Shown piece after piece: positions 46,038-55,532 of a DNA stretch of 64,000 nucleotides. Location: positions 1,728,001 to 1,792,000 of the forward strand of contig CBDCWI010000002.1 in the NCBI GenBank assembly GCA_965223325.1. Reading direction: 5' to 3'. Both the position numbers and the translations under genes were made by a program. Origin of the DNA: Candidatus Multivoradales bacterium. GTDB lineage: Bacteria > Acidobacteriota > Thermoanaerobaculia > Multivoradales > Multivoraceae. Within the stretch, counting starts at the first letter, position 1. The number at the start of each line of letters is the position of its first letter. A model generated the notes under the pieces. The model saw only the letters and a program-made list of their open reading frames with translations, was not told where the DNA came from and searched no databases.

Positions 46038-47573
46038 ATGACCAGACCACACTGCCGGTTCCAACGCCTGATCTTCGGCGTCGCGATGGCATGCACTCTG
46101 TGGCTATCCCCTCTGGCCACCGTCCTGGCGCAGGGTCGCGGCCCGGCTGTGCTCGTGCGCGGCACGATCATCGACCGAACGGGCACTGTCGAAGGCGCGC
46201 ATGTCGAGTTCGCCCCTAACGGTGACAACAATCCGACCTTCGGAAGAAGCGATGAAGACGGCCGGTTTCGCCTGCGCCTGGCGAGCGGTTCCTACCAGGT
46301 GATCGTGACGGCCGACGGCTATCTGCCCTCGGAGGGGCGGATCGACGTCACCAACCTCACCGCCGCGCTCGAAATCGAACTCCGCCGCGTCGACGAGCAG
46401 ACCCCGGCCTTCCCCGAGGGCAACGTCGAACGCACGGTCAGAAAGTGGCTCGAACGCGGCAACCAGCTTCTCGAAGCTGGAGCGGCCGAAGCCGCACAAG
46501 CGGAGTTCGAAAAGGCCCTGCCGCTCGTACAGGGTGCGACGGCGGCCGAGATCTACCGCGGCGTCGCGCGGGCCGCGTGGCTTCTCGAACGACCGGAAGA
46601 GACCAGGGCGGCCCTCGAGAACGCTCTGCGTGCCGACCCCGGCGACCAACGAACCCGCGCTCTCTACAACGAGACGATGAAGCTCCTCGAGCGCGAGGCC
46701 GATGCCGAGCGCTTTCTCGAGCACGGCATCCACGAAGTCCTCCCGGAAGCGGCAACCAACGACCCACCGGAAACCGCCAGGCGACCCAAGCGCCGACCAC
46801 CCACAAGAGCGCTCGCCCATCGGACCGGAGATGCCACCGTCGTCTTCGAGACCCCTCATTCGCTCTCGCTGGCCGAGATCGCTGAGAAAACCGGTCACTC
46901 CTTCGAGGCCCAGAAACGCGCCGCATCCCTCGATCCGGCTGCGGAAAGCTGGGAGATCGTCGTTCCCGAAAGCTACGACCCGGCAACTCCGCATGGGCTC
47001 CTGGTATGGATCAGCCCGACTCCTCGCGGCGTTCTTCCCAACCCGGGGCTTTTGCCCGTGCTCGAAGAACGTCGCCTGATCTGGGTGGGGGCCAATTCCT
47101 CCGGTAACCGGCGCGCCGTCGTCGATCGCATCGCGCTGGCCTTTACTGGCCTCGAGAACACGAGGAGCCTCTATTCGATTGATTCCGAACGTCTCTTCAT
47201 CGCTGGCTACTCGGGCGGCGGGCGAGTGGCTTCCGTCGTGGGTGCGCACTGGCCCGAGTCCTGGGCCGGGGTGATCTCCTGGATGGGCATCGACTTCTTC
47301 GCTTCGGTGCCAGTGCCCTACCGACCCGGTGCCTCCTGGCCGGGGTCCTACAAGCGGCCTTCCCGGGCGACCCTCAAACGCGCGCGCCGGATCCGCTGGG
47401 CGGTCGTCACAGGGGATCTCGACTTCAATCGCAGCCAGAGTCGCGCCATCGCCAAGACGATGCGCGGTGCCGGCTTCGAGCACGTCGCGTTTCTTCAGAT
47501 CCCCGATGCCGACCACTACCGGGGCTTCCCAGCCGAATGGGTAGAACGTGCGCTGGAAGCCGTAGACCGATAG
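46038..47573 (+). CDS. Exported carboxypeptidase-regulatory-like + TPR + alpha/beta-hydrolase protein
   Basis: Signal peptide; SDEDGRFRL...GSYQVIVTADGY; TPR-like helices; IAGYSGGG, GDLDFN, DADH. Confidence 0.72.
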   Translation: MTRPHCRFQRLIFGVAMACTLWLSPLATVLAQGRGPAVLVRGTIIDRTGTVEGAHVEFAPNGDNNPTFGRSDEDGRFRLRLASGSYQVIVTADGYLPSEGRIDVTNLTAALEIELRRVDEQTPAFPEGNVERTVRKWLERGNQLLEAGAAEAAQAEFEKALPLVQGATAAEIYRGVARAAWLLERPEETRAALENALRADPGDQRTRALYNETMKLLEREADAERFLEHGIHEVLPEAATNDPPETARRPKRRPPTRALAHRTGDATVVFETPHSLSLAEIAEKTGHSFEAQKRAASLDPAAESWEIVVPESYDPATPHGLLVWISPTPRGVLPNPGLLPVLEERRLIWVGANSSGNRRAVVDRIALAFTGLENTRSLYSIDSERLFIAGYSGGGRVASVVGAHWPESWAGVISWMGIDFFASVPVPYRPGASWPGSYKRPSRATLKRARRIRWAVVTGDLDFNRSQSRAIAKTMRGAGFEHVAFLQIPDADHYRGFPAEWVERALEAVDR

Positions 47574-47709
47574 AGAGGTCGGGGACACCAGGAGCTTGAC
47601 AAGAGGGCCCCAAACGGCGGACGCTTGGGGTTCCGATTCCCCACGACGTCGGCCGGGGCCCCATTGCCCGGCATTCCTACGACTCTCCCTTCTTCGAGAG
47701 GCCTTGGTC

Positions 47710-48930
47710 ATGCGCTACGCCACCGCGATTCTTCTCTGTCTCATCACCCTCCTGGCCGCCTCGGCCTGTACTCCGGCCGAGCCGGTCGACATGACGAAAC
47801 AGATCCAGACCTGGTTGATCGAAGCGACACCCGGATCGGTCGTCGAGATCCCTGCCGGGGTGTTCGAGTTCGAACGCAGCCTCTCTTTGACGGTCGACGG
47901 CGTCACCATTCGCGGCGCCGGCATGGACGAGACCGTGCTCTCGTTCAAGAACCAGATCCAGGGCGCCGAGGGTCTCCTGGTGACCGCCAGTGACTTCACC
48001 ATCGAAGACCTGGCAATCGAAGACAGTAAGGGCGACGCGCTCAAGGTCAACGAAGGCGAAAACATCGTCATCCGTCGTGTACGCACCGAGTGGACCGGCG
48101 GCCCGGCCACCGACAACGGCGCCTATGGCATCTACCCCGTCCAAACGAAGAACGTGCTGATCGAGGAGAGCGTCGCGATCGCTGCCTCCGATGCCGGCAT
48201 CTATGTCGGCCAGTCCGACAACGTCGTCGTGCGCAACAATCGCGCCGAGTACAACGTCGCGGGCATCGAGATCGAGAACACCATCGGTGCCGACGTCTAC
48301 GACAACGTGGCGGTCAACAACACCGGCGGCATTCTGGTCTTCAACATGCCCGACCTACCCCGCCCCGGGCATTCGACTCGGGTCTACAACAACCTGATCG
48401 AGAACAACAACACCGCCAACTTCGCGCGCGAAGGAACGGCAGTGGCCAGCGTCCCCAAGGGTTCTGGGGTGGTGATCAACTCCAACGACAAGGTCGAGAT
48501 CTTCGAGAACAAGATTCTCAACAACGAGACCGCTAACATCGTCATCGCCAGCTACTTCTCGACTGGCTACTACGGTGAGCGCGAACCTGCCGCCGCCTAC
48601 GACCCGTACCCCGAGGAAATCTACATCTACGACAACGAGTTCGCCGGCGGTGGCCAGGCCCCCGGCCTGGAAGATCTCGAGACGCTCCGGGTCGCCATGT
48701 TCGGCGAAGACGGCGCCTTCCCCGATGTCATCTGGGACGGCTTCATCAATCCCGAGAAGGCCGAAAACGGCCGACTGCCGGCCGAGTACGCCATATGCAT
48801 CGAGAACGGCGACATCCAGGTCCTCAACGTCGACACCGAGAACGGCTTCAGCAACCCGCGCATCGGAACCGACGGCCACAACTGCTCGCACGAAAAGCTG
48901 GCGCCGATCTCGCTCGCGCTCACCAGCTGA
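47710..48930 (+). CDS. Parallel beta-helix repeat lipoprotein (TIGR03805-like)
   Basis: Lipobox AASAC; NGAYGIYPV, ASDAGIYVGQS, NVAGIEIEN, NTGGILVF.MP. Confidence 0.85.
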   Translation: MRYATAILLCLITLLAASACTPAEPVDMTKQIQTWLIEATPGSVVEIPAGVFEFERSLSLTVDGVTIRGAGMDETVLSFKNQIQGAEGLLVTASDFTIEDLAIEDSKGDALKVNEGENIVIRRVRTEWTGGPATDNGAYGIYPVQTKNVLIEESVAIAASDAGIYVGQSDNVVVRNNRAEYNVAGIEIENTIGADVYDNVAVNNTGGILVFNMPDLPRPGHSTRVYNNLIENNNTANFAREGTAVASVPKGSGVVINSNDKVEIFENKILNNETANIVIASYFSTGYYGEREPAAAYDPYPEEIYIYDNEFAGGGQAPGLEDLETLRVAMFGEDGAFPDVIWDGFINPEKAENGRLPAEYAICIENGDIQVLNVDTENGFSNPRIGTDGHNCSHEKLAPISLALTS

Positions 48931-48941
48931 GGCCGCCCGAC

Positions 48942-50111
48942 ATGCTTCGGCAGGAGAGGCGAACTGGGCGACGGGCAGCCTCGCTGCCCTGGGTCTACGT
49001 TCTGCTGGCCTTCGGCATCGCCACAACAGGCGCCTGCGGCGGCGCGCCGGAGCACATCGTCTTTCATGCGACCGAGAACCCGGAGTTGCTTTCGGCCTGG
49101 GGAGTTCTGGCCGTCGACGATGGCCAGTTGCTTCTCAACGATGGCGTTCTCCCTTTCGACCTCAACACGGCCCTGTTCACCGACTACGCACATAAGCTGC
49201 GCACGGTGTGGATGCCCGAAGGCACCAGCGCGCGCTGGGACGGCTCGGAGCATCTCGAATACCCGGTCGGCACAATCCTTACCAAGACCTTCTACTACCC
49301 GGTCGAGGGTGGCGCGAGTTCCTCCATTCGGGTCTTGCGCACCGGAACCGACACGCAGCCAGAGTTCGCCAACGGCCTCGACCTCGAGAAGGTCAAGGTG
49401 CTCGAAACGCGACTCCTGGCGCATCGAGTCGACGGCTGGGTTGCACTACCCTACGTGTGGAACGAAGAAGAGACCGACGCACGGCTCGAGATCGCGGGAG
49501 ACGCCCTTCGCCTCGAGTTCGCCTCGGAAGACGGCGGGAGCGAACCGTTCCCCTACATCGTCCCGGACATGAACCAGTGCGCCGGCTGTCACGCCAGTGA
49601 CCACACAGCCGGCGCTGTTCTGCCGCTCGGTCCCAAGCTGCGCCACCTCAACAAGTCGTACCAGTACGTCGACCATGAAGCCAACCAGCTCGAGCGTTGG
49701 ACCGACGTCGGGTATCTGAGCGATGCCCCCTCGCCAGCACCAAGAGCTGCCGCCTGGGATGACCCCGCGACCGGAACGCTCGAGGAGAGAGCACGCGCGT
49801 ACCTCGATATCAACTGCGGCCACTGCCACAACCCAGAGGGCCCGGCCGACACCTCAGGGCTGTTCCTCGACTACGCAACCACCGAGCTCCGCCGCCTCGG
49901 CATGTGCAAGCCCCCGGTCGCCGCCGGCCGCGGAAGTGGTGACTTGAACCACTCCATCGAACCAGGCCTGCCCGAGGAGTCGATCATGATCTACCGCCTC
50001 GCCTCCACTGATCCTGGCGAAGCCATGCCCGAGCTCGGCCGCAGCACCACACACCTCGAAGGCATCGAACTGCTCTCGGAGTGGATTCGCGAGTTCGCGC
50101 CCGGCTGCTGA
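48942..50111 (+). CDS. SO2930-family diheme c-type cytochrome (TIGR03806-like)
   Basis: LNTALFTDYAHKLR, KTFYY, ETRLL, CAGCH, CGHCH, CKPPVAAGRGSG, MPELGR. Confidence 0.85.
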   Translation: MLRQERRTGRRAASLPWVYVLLAFGIATTGACGGAPEHIVFHATENPELLSAWGVLAVDDGQLLLNDGVLPFDLNTALFTDYAHKLRTVWMPEGTSARWDGSEHLEYPVGTILTKTFYYPVEGGASSSIRVLRTGTDTQPEFANGLDLEKVKVLETRLLAHRVDGWVALPYVWNEEETDARLEIAGDALRLEFASEDGGSEPFPYIVPDMNQCAGCHASDHTAGAVLPLGPKLRHLNKSYQYVDHEANQLERWTDVGYLSDAPSPAPRAAAWDDPATGTLEERARAYLDINCGHCHNPEGPADTSGLFLDYATTELRRLGMCKPPVAAGRGSGDLNHSIEPGLPEESIMIYRLASTDPGEAMPELGRSTTHLEGIELLSEWIREFAPGC

Positions 50112-50118
50112 CGCGCAG

Positions 50119-50523
50119 CTATACGAAGACGTCCGCTGCAATCACCAAGAGGGAAACGAAGGCCGCCTGCCAGCACGCCGGGCGGAGCCACGGAATGTCA
50201 CTGATGTAGGCAGGGATGTAGGCAACGCGAGCGAAGAAAAACGCCCACGCTCCCCATACGGTGAGTGACGAGACAGACTCGGCCATGTGGACCGCAAGCA
50301 ACACCGCGACGAACTGTGGCAAGACCTCGAGCAGGTTGCGGTGCGCTCGCACCAGGCGGCCACCCACCCCGGGCACCTCGTGCGGTTTGTCGCGAGCACT
50401 CAGCACCCACTCCGGCCCTGCACTGCGCAGCATCGAAACACTCGCCAGGCCGACCTGGACGGCCGAGAGAACCACCACCGCCAAGAGTGCAACGACCTCC
50501 GAGGGAACGCCGGCCAACGTCAC
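50119..50523 (-). CDS. MAPEG family membrane protein
   Basis: RLVRAHRNLLE, FFFARVAY; overlaps the upstream stop. Confidence 0.85.
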   Translation of the reverse strand: MTLAGVPSEVVALLAVVVLSAVQVGLASVSMLRSAGPEWVLSARDKPHEVPGVGGRLVRAHRNLLEVLPQFVAVLLAVHMAESVSSLTVWGAWAFFFARVAYIPAYISDIPWLRPACWQAAFVSLLVIAADVFV

Positions 50524-51062
50524 TGCTCGCCCCCGGCGGCATTCCCGAGAACCTGCTGGCGCAGCAGCGTGTAGTCGACGAAGTCGGTCTGGCGCGTAAT
50601 CAAGCCTTTTTCGACCTCGAGCCAGGTGACGAAGGGGACGTCGTACTCCTTCCCCAGCGCAGCTCCGCGCAGGCGCCCCCGCACGACGTGACGGACGGTC
50701 GCGGCACCGTCACCGCCGGAGCCGCCGTCTGTTACATGCTCCTCGATGTCGAAGCGGACCGATTCGTAGGTCCCCTTCGACTGCTCGTAGATCTCGCGTA
50801 GCGCCTCGCGGCCGGCGAGCCCGCGGGCGGCGGTTACGTCAACGAAGTCGACCGCGGGGTGGTAGTACGCCAGGTGACTGCCGTCAAAGGTGTTGTAGGC
50901 GGTGAAGAACTGCTGCAACCAGCTGTCTCTGGTCGAGACGCTCTCCTCTGCCGGGGCAGCCGCGCTCCACACCAGCGCCAGGGCTGCAACCGCAATCAAG
51001 ACTCCCAGGCCGCGCCGGGCGTCGTATCGCCGGTTGGAGTTGGCCGAGATGATTCCTGCCAC
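50520..51062 (-). CDS. Exported SnoaL/NTF2-like protein
   Basis: Signal/TM segment; YHPAVDFVD, GREALRE, GLITRQTDFVD; AGGAG SD. Confidence 0.75.
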   Translation of the reverse strand: MAGIISANSNRRYDARRGLGVLIAVAALALVWSAAAPAEESVSTRDSWLQQFFTAYNTFDGSHLAYYHPAVDFVDVTAARGLAGREALREIYEQSKGTYESVRFDIEEHVTDGGSGGDGAATVRHVVRGRLRGAALGKEYDVPFVTWLEVEKGLITRQTDFVDYTLLRQQVLGNAAGGEQ

Positions 51063-51074
51063 AAGGATCTCCTC

Positions 51075-51117
51075 TTGAAACTGAATGTCTGCTCAGTATA
51101 ATGAATCCATGTTCAGT
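51075..51117 (+). promoter_or_regulatory. Sigma70-like promoter (TTGAAA-N16-TATAAT) overlapped by two imperfect palindromes, candidate TetR operators
   Basis: ACTGAATGTCTGCTCAGT (51080-51097) and AATGAATCCATGTTCAGT (51100-51117), 20-bp period, between divergent tetR and snoaL-MAPEG. Confidence 0.7.
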
Positions 51118-51136
51118 TTGGAAGCCAGAGTTCACG

Positions 51137-51733
51137 ATGCCTAGGCTCTCGACCGCCCAGCTCGCGGCGCGCCGCGAGGAGATTCTGCTAGCCGGCTTCC
51201 AGTGCCTCGCCGCAGTGGGATTCGAGGCGACCACGCTCCAGAAGGTGGCAGCCCGCGCTGGCCTGGCGGTCGGCACGATCTATCTCTACTTCGACGACAA
51301 GGACGCGCTCTTCGAGGCCATTGCCGAGCTCAACCAACAGCGCACCGAGGAAAGGCTCGACCAGCTGGCGAGCGCTTCAGATCCGCTAGCCGCAATCGAA
51401 GAACTCATCGGTGAGGCCTTCGCCGGACGGAACGGTCGCCTCGAGCTCGAGCTCTTTGCGCGCGCAACCAAGGACGAGGAGATCGGCAAGTGGGTCAAGG
51501 CTCTCGTCTCCCAGTGGGAAGAGGCTCTAGCGACGGTCATCAGGCGGGCGCGACGCGCGGGTCAAATCGACAAGGGACCACACGCTAAGGCCCTGGCGCG
51601 TGACGTCTTCGCACTCCTCAACGGCGCCATCATGCTCGAGATGCTCAACCCTTCAAGCGATCACTCGCGGACCACTCCCGCCCGAAGGGCACGTGCCGCC
51701 GCTCACCGACTCCTCGGCGCGCAAAGACCCTGA
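51137..51733 (+). CDS. TetR/AcrR family regulator
   Basis: GFEATTLQKVAARAGLAVGTIYLYFDDKDAL. Confidence 0.93.
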   Translation: MPRLSTAQLAARREEILLAGFQCLAAVGFEATTLQKVAARAGLAVGTIYLYFDDKDALFEAIAELNQQRTEERLDQLASASDPLAAIEELIGEAFAGRNGRLELELFARATKDEEIGKWVKALVSQWEEALATVIRRARRAGQIDKGPHAKALARDVFALLNGAIMLEMLNPSSDHSRTTPARRARAAAHRLLGAQRP

Positions 51734-51748
51734 CTTGACCAAAGGAGA

Positions 51749-54336
51749 TCACACCAGGCGCCGCCAGGCGATGACACCGAGGAGCAGGAAGAGCGCCAGA
51801 GCCCCGGCATCTCCAAGCGCCGGGATTCCTGCGGCACCACCGCCACCGATGCCCTCATTGGGGTCGAAGCCTGTCGGCGGTGGCGGTGGCGGTGCTGACG
51901 GTGGCGGAACACCCGAGGGGCCGCCGACATAGGGCGCGCGTTCGAAGATCCTCACAACGTCGGGCCGCTGCGCCAGCTCGCGGAGGACGCCAGGCCAGTT
52001 GGCCTCATCCACGGTGCCACTAGCCACGCGAACCGTCGTCGACGAGTTGCGATCGCTGATCGCCAATGAGCTGGGGACGAACAGACGCTCGAGCACCCGC
52101 TGCGTTTCGGCATTGAACTCCTCGTCGTCGACAAACTGAACCAGCAGCGCACGCTCAGGCAACGCCACCTCGGCTTCAGTCCAGGCCACCGGAAGCTTCA
52201 GGTAAGGAGGCAGTACGAAGGCGTTGAGCAGAACTGACCCATGAGGCGAACTCGGCTCCTCCCAAAGCGGCGGCGGCAACGCCATCTGGAGGGCTGAAAA
52301 GGCATCGGGCGACACACGGGCAGCGACAGCGCTCCCGCCGTAGCCGGCGAACAGCACTTCGAGGTCGAATTCACGCTCGAGGTCTTCCCAGGAATAGTCG
52401 AGGTTCATCCACTGTAGAACGACCACGCGATGGCCACCGACGTCGGGCGGCGTTTCCCATCCCGGCGGCGGGGCCAACGCCTCATTGACGGGGTCCCACC
52501 GATAGCTTCCGAAGTGAATGTGGATCGGGAGCGACGAGATCGCGTCGCTGAGCGCGCTGAGCTCGTCGAGCCGCCGATCTGGCACCCGCGCAAAGTCATG
52601 CGTCTCGCCACCGGTCGTCGCCGACAACAGAACCTGGACCTCGGGATCTGCCGGATCGAGGATACCCGGCGCCGCTTTGACGATGACGTGATCGGTGAGG
52701 ATCGTTGCCGCCTGGCTCTCGCCCAGGGTCGCCATCAGCGCGTAGACGTCGGGCCGTCTCGCCAACTTCAGGATTGCGTCCCGTTCGAGCCAGGCTGTCA
52801 GGTGCCGGTCGCCTCCGGCGGATGAGGTGTGGACGGGCCCGCTGGCCAGGTTCGCGAGAAGCGCCTCGGTGACCGGACCCTCCACAGCACCGCGAGCGCG
52901 GGAGATGCGTACCTTGCGGTAGCGCTCGTTCCCTGCCAGCAGAAGCGGATCGATCTTGAGCGGCGCGGCGAGCGGCCGGGCATAGCCGAGGAATCGCGGT
53001 GGATCGCTCGCATTGGCTTGGCGGAACAAGCCAGCCGTCGTTCGAGATCCGAGGGCGTCGTCCGAACACGCCACTGCCCATAGGCGATTCGCTGGGCTCG
53101 CGCACCTTCCTGGACGACCGTATTGAACCACTCTTCCCGGCCGTTCGGCGTGAGGGTCGAAACGACGGCGAAGTCCAACCCATCGCGCGAGATGTCGGAC
53201 AGGGGTCGCGGGGTGGCGCTTGCGGGGTGGGCCAAGGGCGGGCTACAGAGTCGCGTGAGCGGTAGCCGCACCGACTCGTCGAGGAACCCGACCCGCGCCA
53301 GATCACGTGGCGGGATCTCTCGCAGCCGGTCGGCCAGGACTCGGTGCCAGATCTCGTTCTCTCCTCCATACAGCACCTCGACCGCTGGATCGTCGACGTC
53401 GATGACGCTCGCCAACCGGCGCACCCGCAGTACCTCCCGCAGCCGCGGCCAGTGACAGGTTCGGCCTGCGTCGTGCCGCCGAATCGAGATGACGTCGGGG
53501 CGCCGGGCGAGCGTCGCCAGGTCGATTCCCGCAAGCACCACCTGGTGCGCGAGGAGAGCCCCTCTCTGATGGGTCTGCGGCGGACTGGCCGAGTGCTCCT
53601 CGAGCCAGGCAATCGTGGTGGGCGTGTCGCGCCCCCAAACGCTCACCACCGAGAGACTCTCGGAGCTCGCATCGTTCAGGTCCAGTTCCGCATCGAGCTT
53701 GAAGAAGGGATGGAACGGTTCAGCCCACTGCAGCGCCCGAGGCGGAGCACTCGCTCGCGGACGGGCAAACAAGTCCTCGCGAAACTGCCGCGAAGTGAAG
53801 TCTTCGCGTTCTTCCGGGGTCGGCCAGAACACGCGTAGGCCCGGATCGACGTAAGGCTCGTCCGACGATGTCAAGACATGCTTGGAAGCATCGGAAAACG
53901 CGTTTCGATCCGGGTCGTTGTAGAACCAATCAAAAGGCTGTACCAACCACAAACCGTCGTCTGTTGGATCAGCACGAAGAGCTGGCGGGATCTCTGGCAT
54001 CCCGGCATAGGTATCGAAGTCGCCCGCGGGGAGTCTGATCAGGTCGCTGATCTGATGCGGCCTGTCCGACGGATCGAGAGCCTCGTAGCTTCGGCGGGGA
54101 ATCCGGAAGATTGTCCGTCGCGACCAGGACTCGTGCACAGCCAGCTCGTGAAGGGGACCCTCCTGGAGCAGCGGCGTAAACGACTCGTACGGTCGATCTC
54201 CCGCCACCAACACCTTGACGGTTGCGCTCGTTCCGTCGTCGGTGGGCTGACCAACAACCGGAGCAGCGACTACCGCGACCAGGTAGAGCACCGCGAGCCA
54301 ACGGCCGGATCTCCACCGGGTCATCGAGACTTCCAT
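51749..54336 (-). pseudogene. Secreted IPTL-CTERM protein (~860 aa) split by a frameshift near 53030-53045
   Basis: ORF 54336 has a signal peptide; ORF 53131 ends in a Pro-rich linker + IPALGDAGALALFLLLGVIAWRRL; internal repeat (PPR..W/YA.P....K.D...LA[RQ]RPDV) continues across the two frames. Confidence 0.7.
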
Positions 54337-54502
54337 GATCTTCTATGCTTTTTTAACATTTTTCTTATGCTACTCAAGCGTCACTTGGTTGGCAAGTCGC
54401 TGCCCGCCGTGAGAAAGCGCGGCCGGGGTGTAACAAGAGAACCGAGCTCCGGAAGGAAGGTCACAGCAAACGATTCACTGACCCATTCCCTGGAGATCCA
54501 CC

Positions 54503-55027
54503 ATGAAAAACCTGACCGCCCTGCTTCTCGCAGCAGCCTTTGTCATCGCCCATCCCGCCGAAGCCAAGAAGCCGAAGTTCGAGTTCGAGTCGACTCCCGG
54601 CGTCAACGTCCTCAAGACCATGGGCTACGAAGTGTTCCTCTTTCTCCAGCGCAGCCCCGAAGGCGAGCACTGGGTGCGCGCCGTCGTCTCCGACCCGCTG
54701 CGCTTCGGCAAGAAAGCCAAGGTAATCGAAGACTTCCTGCTCGAAATCGACGGCGAGGAGCAGCATCTCGTCTGCTACAACTCGGACAACCGTCGCACGG
54801 TAGCGGGACCGCCGGGTCTTCTGTCTCTGGCCCACAAGATCGAGGGCAACGCCTGCCCCATCTCTGCCGAAGACTTCGAGCGCCTGATGAGCGCCACCTC
54901 GATCAGCACACAGCTGACGATCAACGGCAAGGTTCGCAAGCGCAACGAATGGAGCAAGCGGATGAAGCGGCGCTGGAGCCGACTCGAAACGCTCCGCAGT
55001 CGCGAGCGGCCAGGCCTCGGTTCCTGA
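54503..55027 (+). CDS. Secreted hypothetical protein
   Basis: GGAG SD; signal peptide MKNLTALLLAAAFVIAHPAEA; GC3-rich codons. Confidence 0.7.
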   Translation: MKNLTALLLAAAFVIAHPAEAKKPKFEFESTPGVNVLKTMGYEVFLFLQRSPEGEHWVRAVVSDPLRFGKKAKVIEDFLLEIDGEEQHLVCYNSDNRRTVAGPPGLLSLAHKIEGNACPISAEDFERLMSATSISTQLTINGKVRKRNEWSKRMKRRWSRLETLRSRERPGLGS

Positions 55028-55199
55028 AGCTCGAGCGATCGACAGGCCCCAACGACCCGGGGTGCTCTCCATCAGGAGGCGCCGGTGCCGACCGGGGCCA
55101 CCGTTAGCCAGTCACCGCGGCCGACAACGGTCGCGGTGACCGCTTCTGGTGTTCCAGCCCTCTGCGACGGGGCCCCCAAGCGGGCGCATCGTTCGTGTA

Positions 55200-55478
55200 T
55201 CAGGCCGTCGCATCATGATCGCCTACGCGGCGCTGCCGCCACTGCTCGATCTCGCCGGCCCCAGCCTGCCGCGCAATGAGGTCATCGCTCTCGATGGTCG
55301 CGTCGTCGGAGTGAGCGTCGCCGTCACCCTGGCCGCCGTTCTAGCCGCCAGCCTCGGCCCACTCCTGATCGTCGCGGGCCCGTCCAGGAGCGGCCGTGCC
55401 TTGACCAGGGCTCTTGCCGTGATTCCCACACTTTCTTCGACCCACATCGACCCAGCCGAAGTGCAGCGAAGCGTGTAG
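55200..55478 (+). pseudogene. Internally deleted relic of an ADOP-type permease
   Basis: LPRNEVIALDGRVVGVSVAVTL resembles the ADOP mid-region and is followed directly by IP..S.HIDPAEVQRS, resembling the ADOP C-terminus (compare APALRAARIDPVRTLRAE at 45923). Confidence 0.5.
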
Positions 55479-55532
55479 TTGCCGGGCGGCAGGTCGCAGA
55501 GGGTGTTGACCACAGGACGGTAGGCTGCTGGC

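Noticed and set aside
47596-47625. Sigma70 promoter at TTGACA
   Set aside because: No matching -10 hexamer at 16-18 bp spacing.
50100-50125. Sec read-through at the PGC-TGA end of the diheme cytochrome
   Set aside because: Read-through would run antisense into the MAPEG gene, no convincing SECIS hairpin is seen, and a terminal Cys is plausible for this family.
53025-53050. Programmed -1 ribosomal frameshift
   Set aside because: No X-XXY-YYZ slippery heptamer at the inferred switch; an indel (real or sequencing) is more likely.
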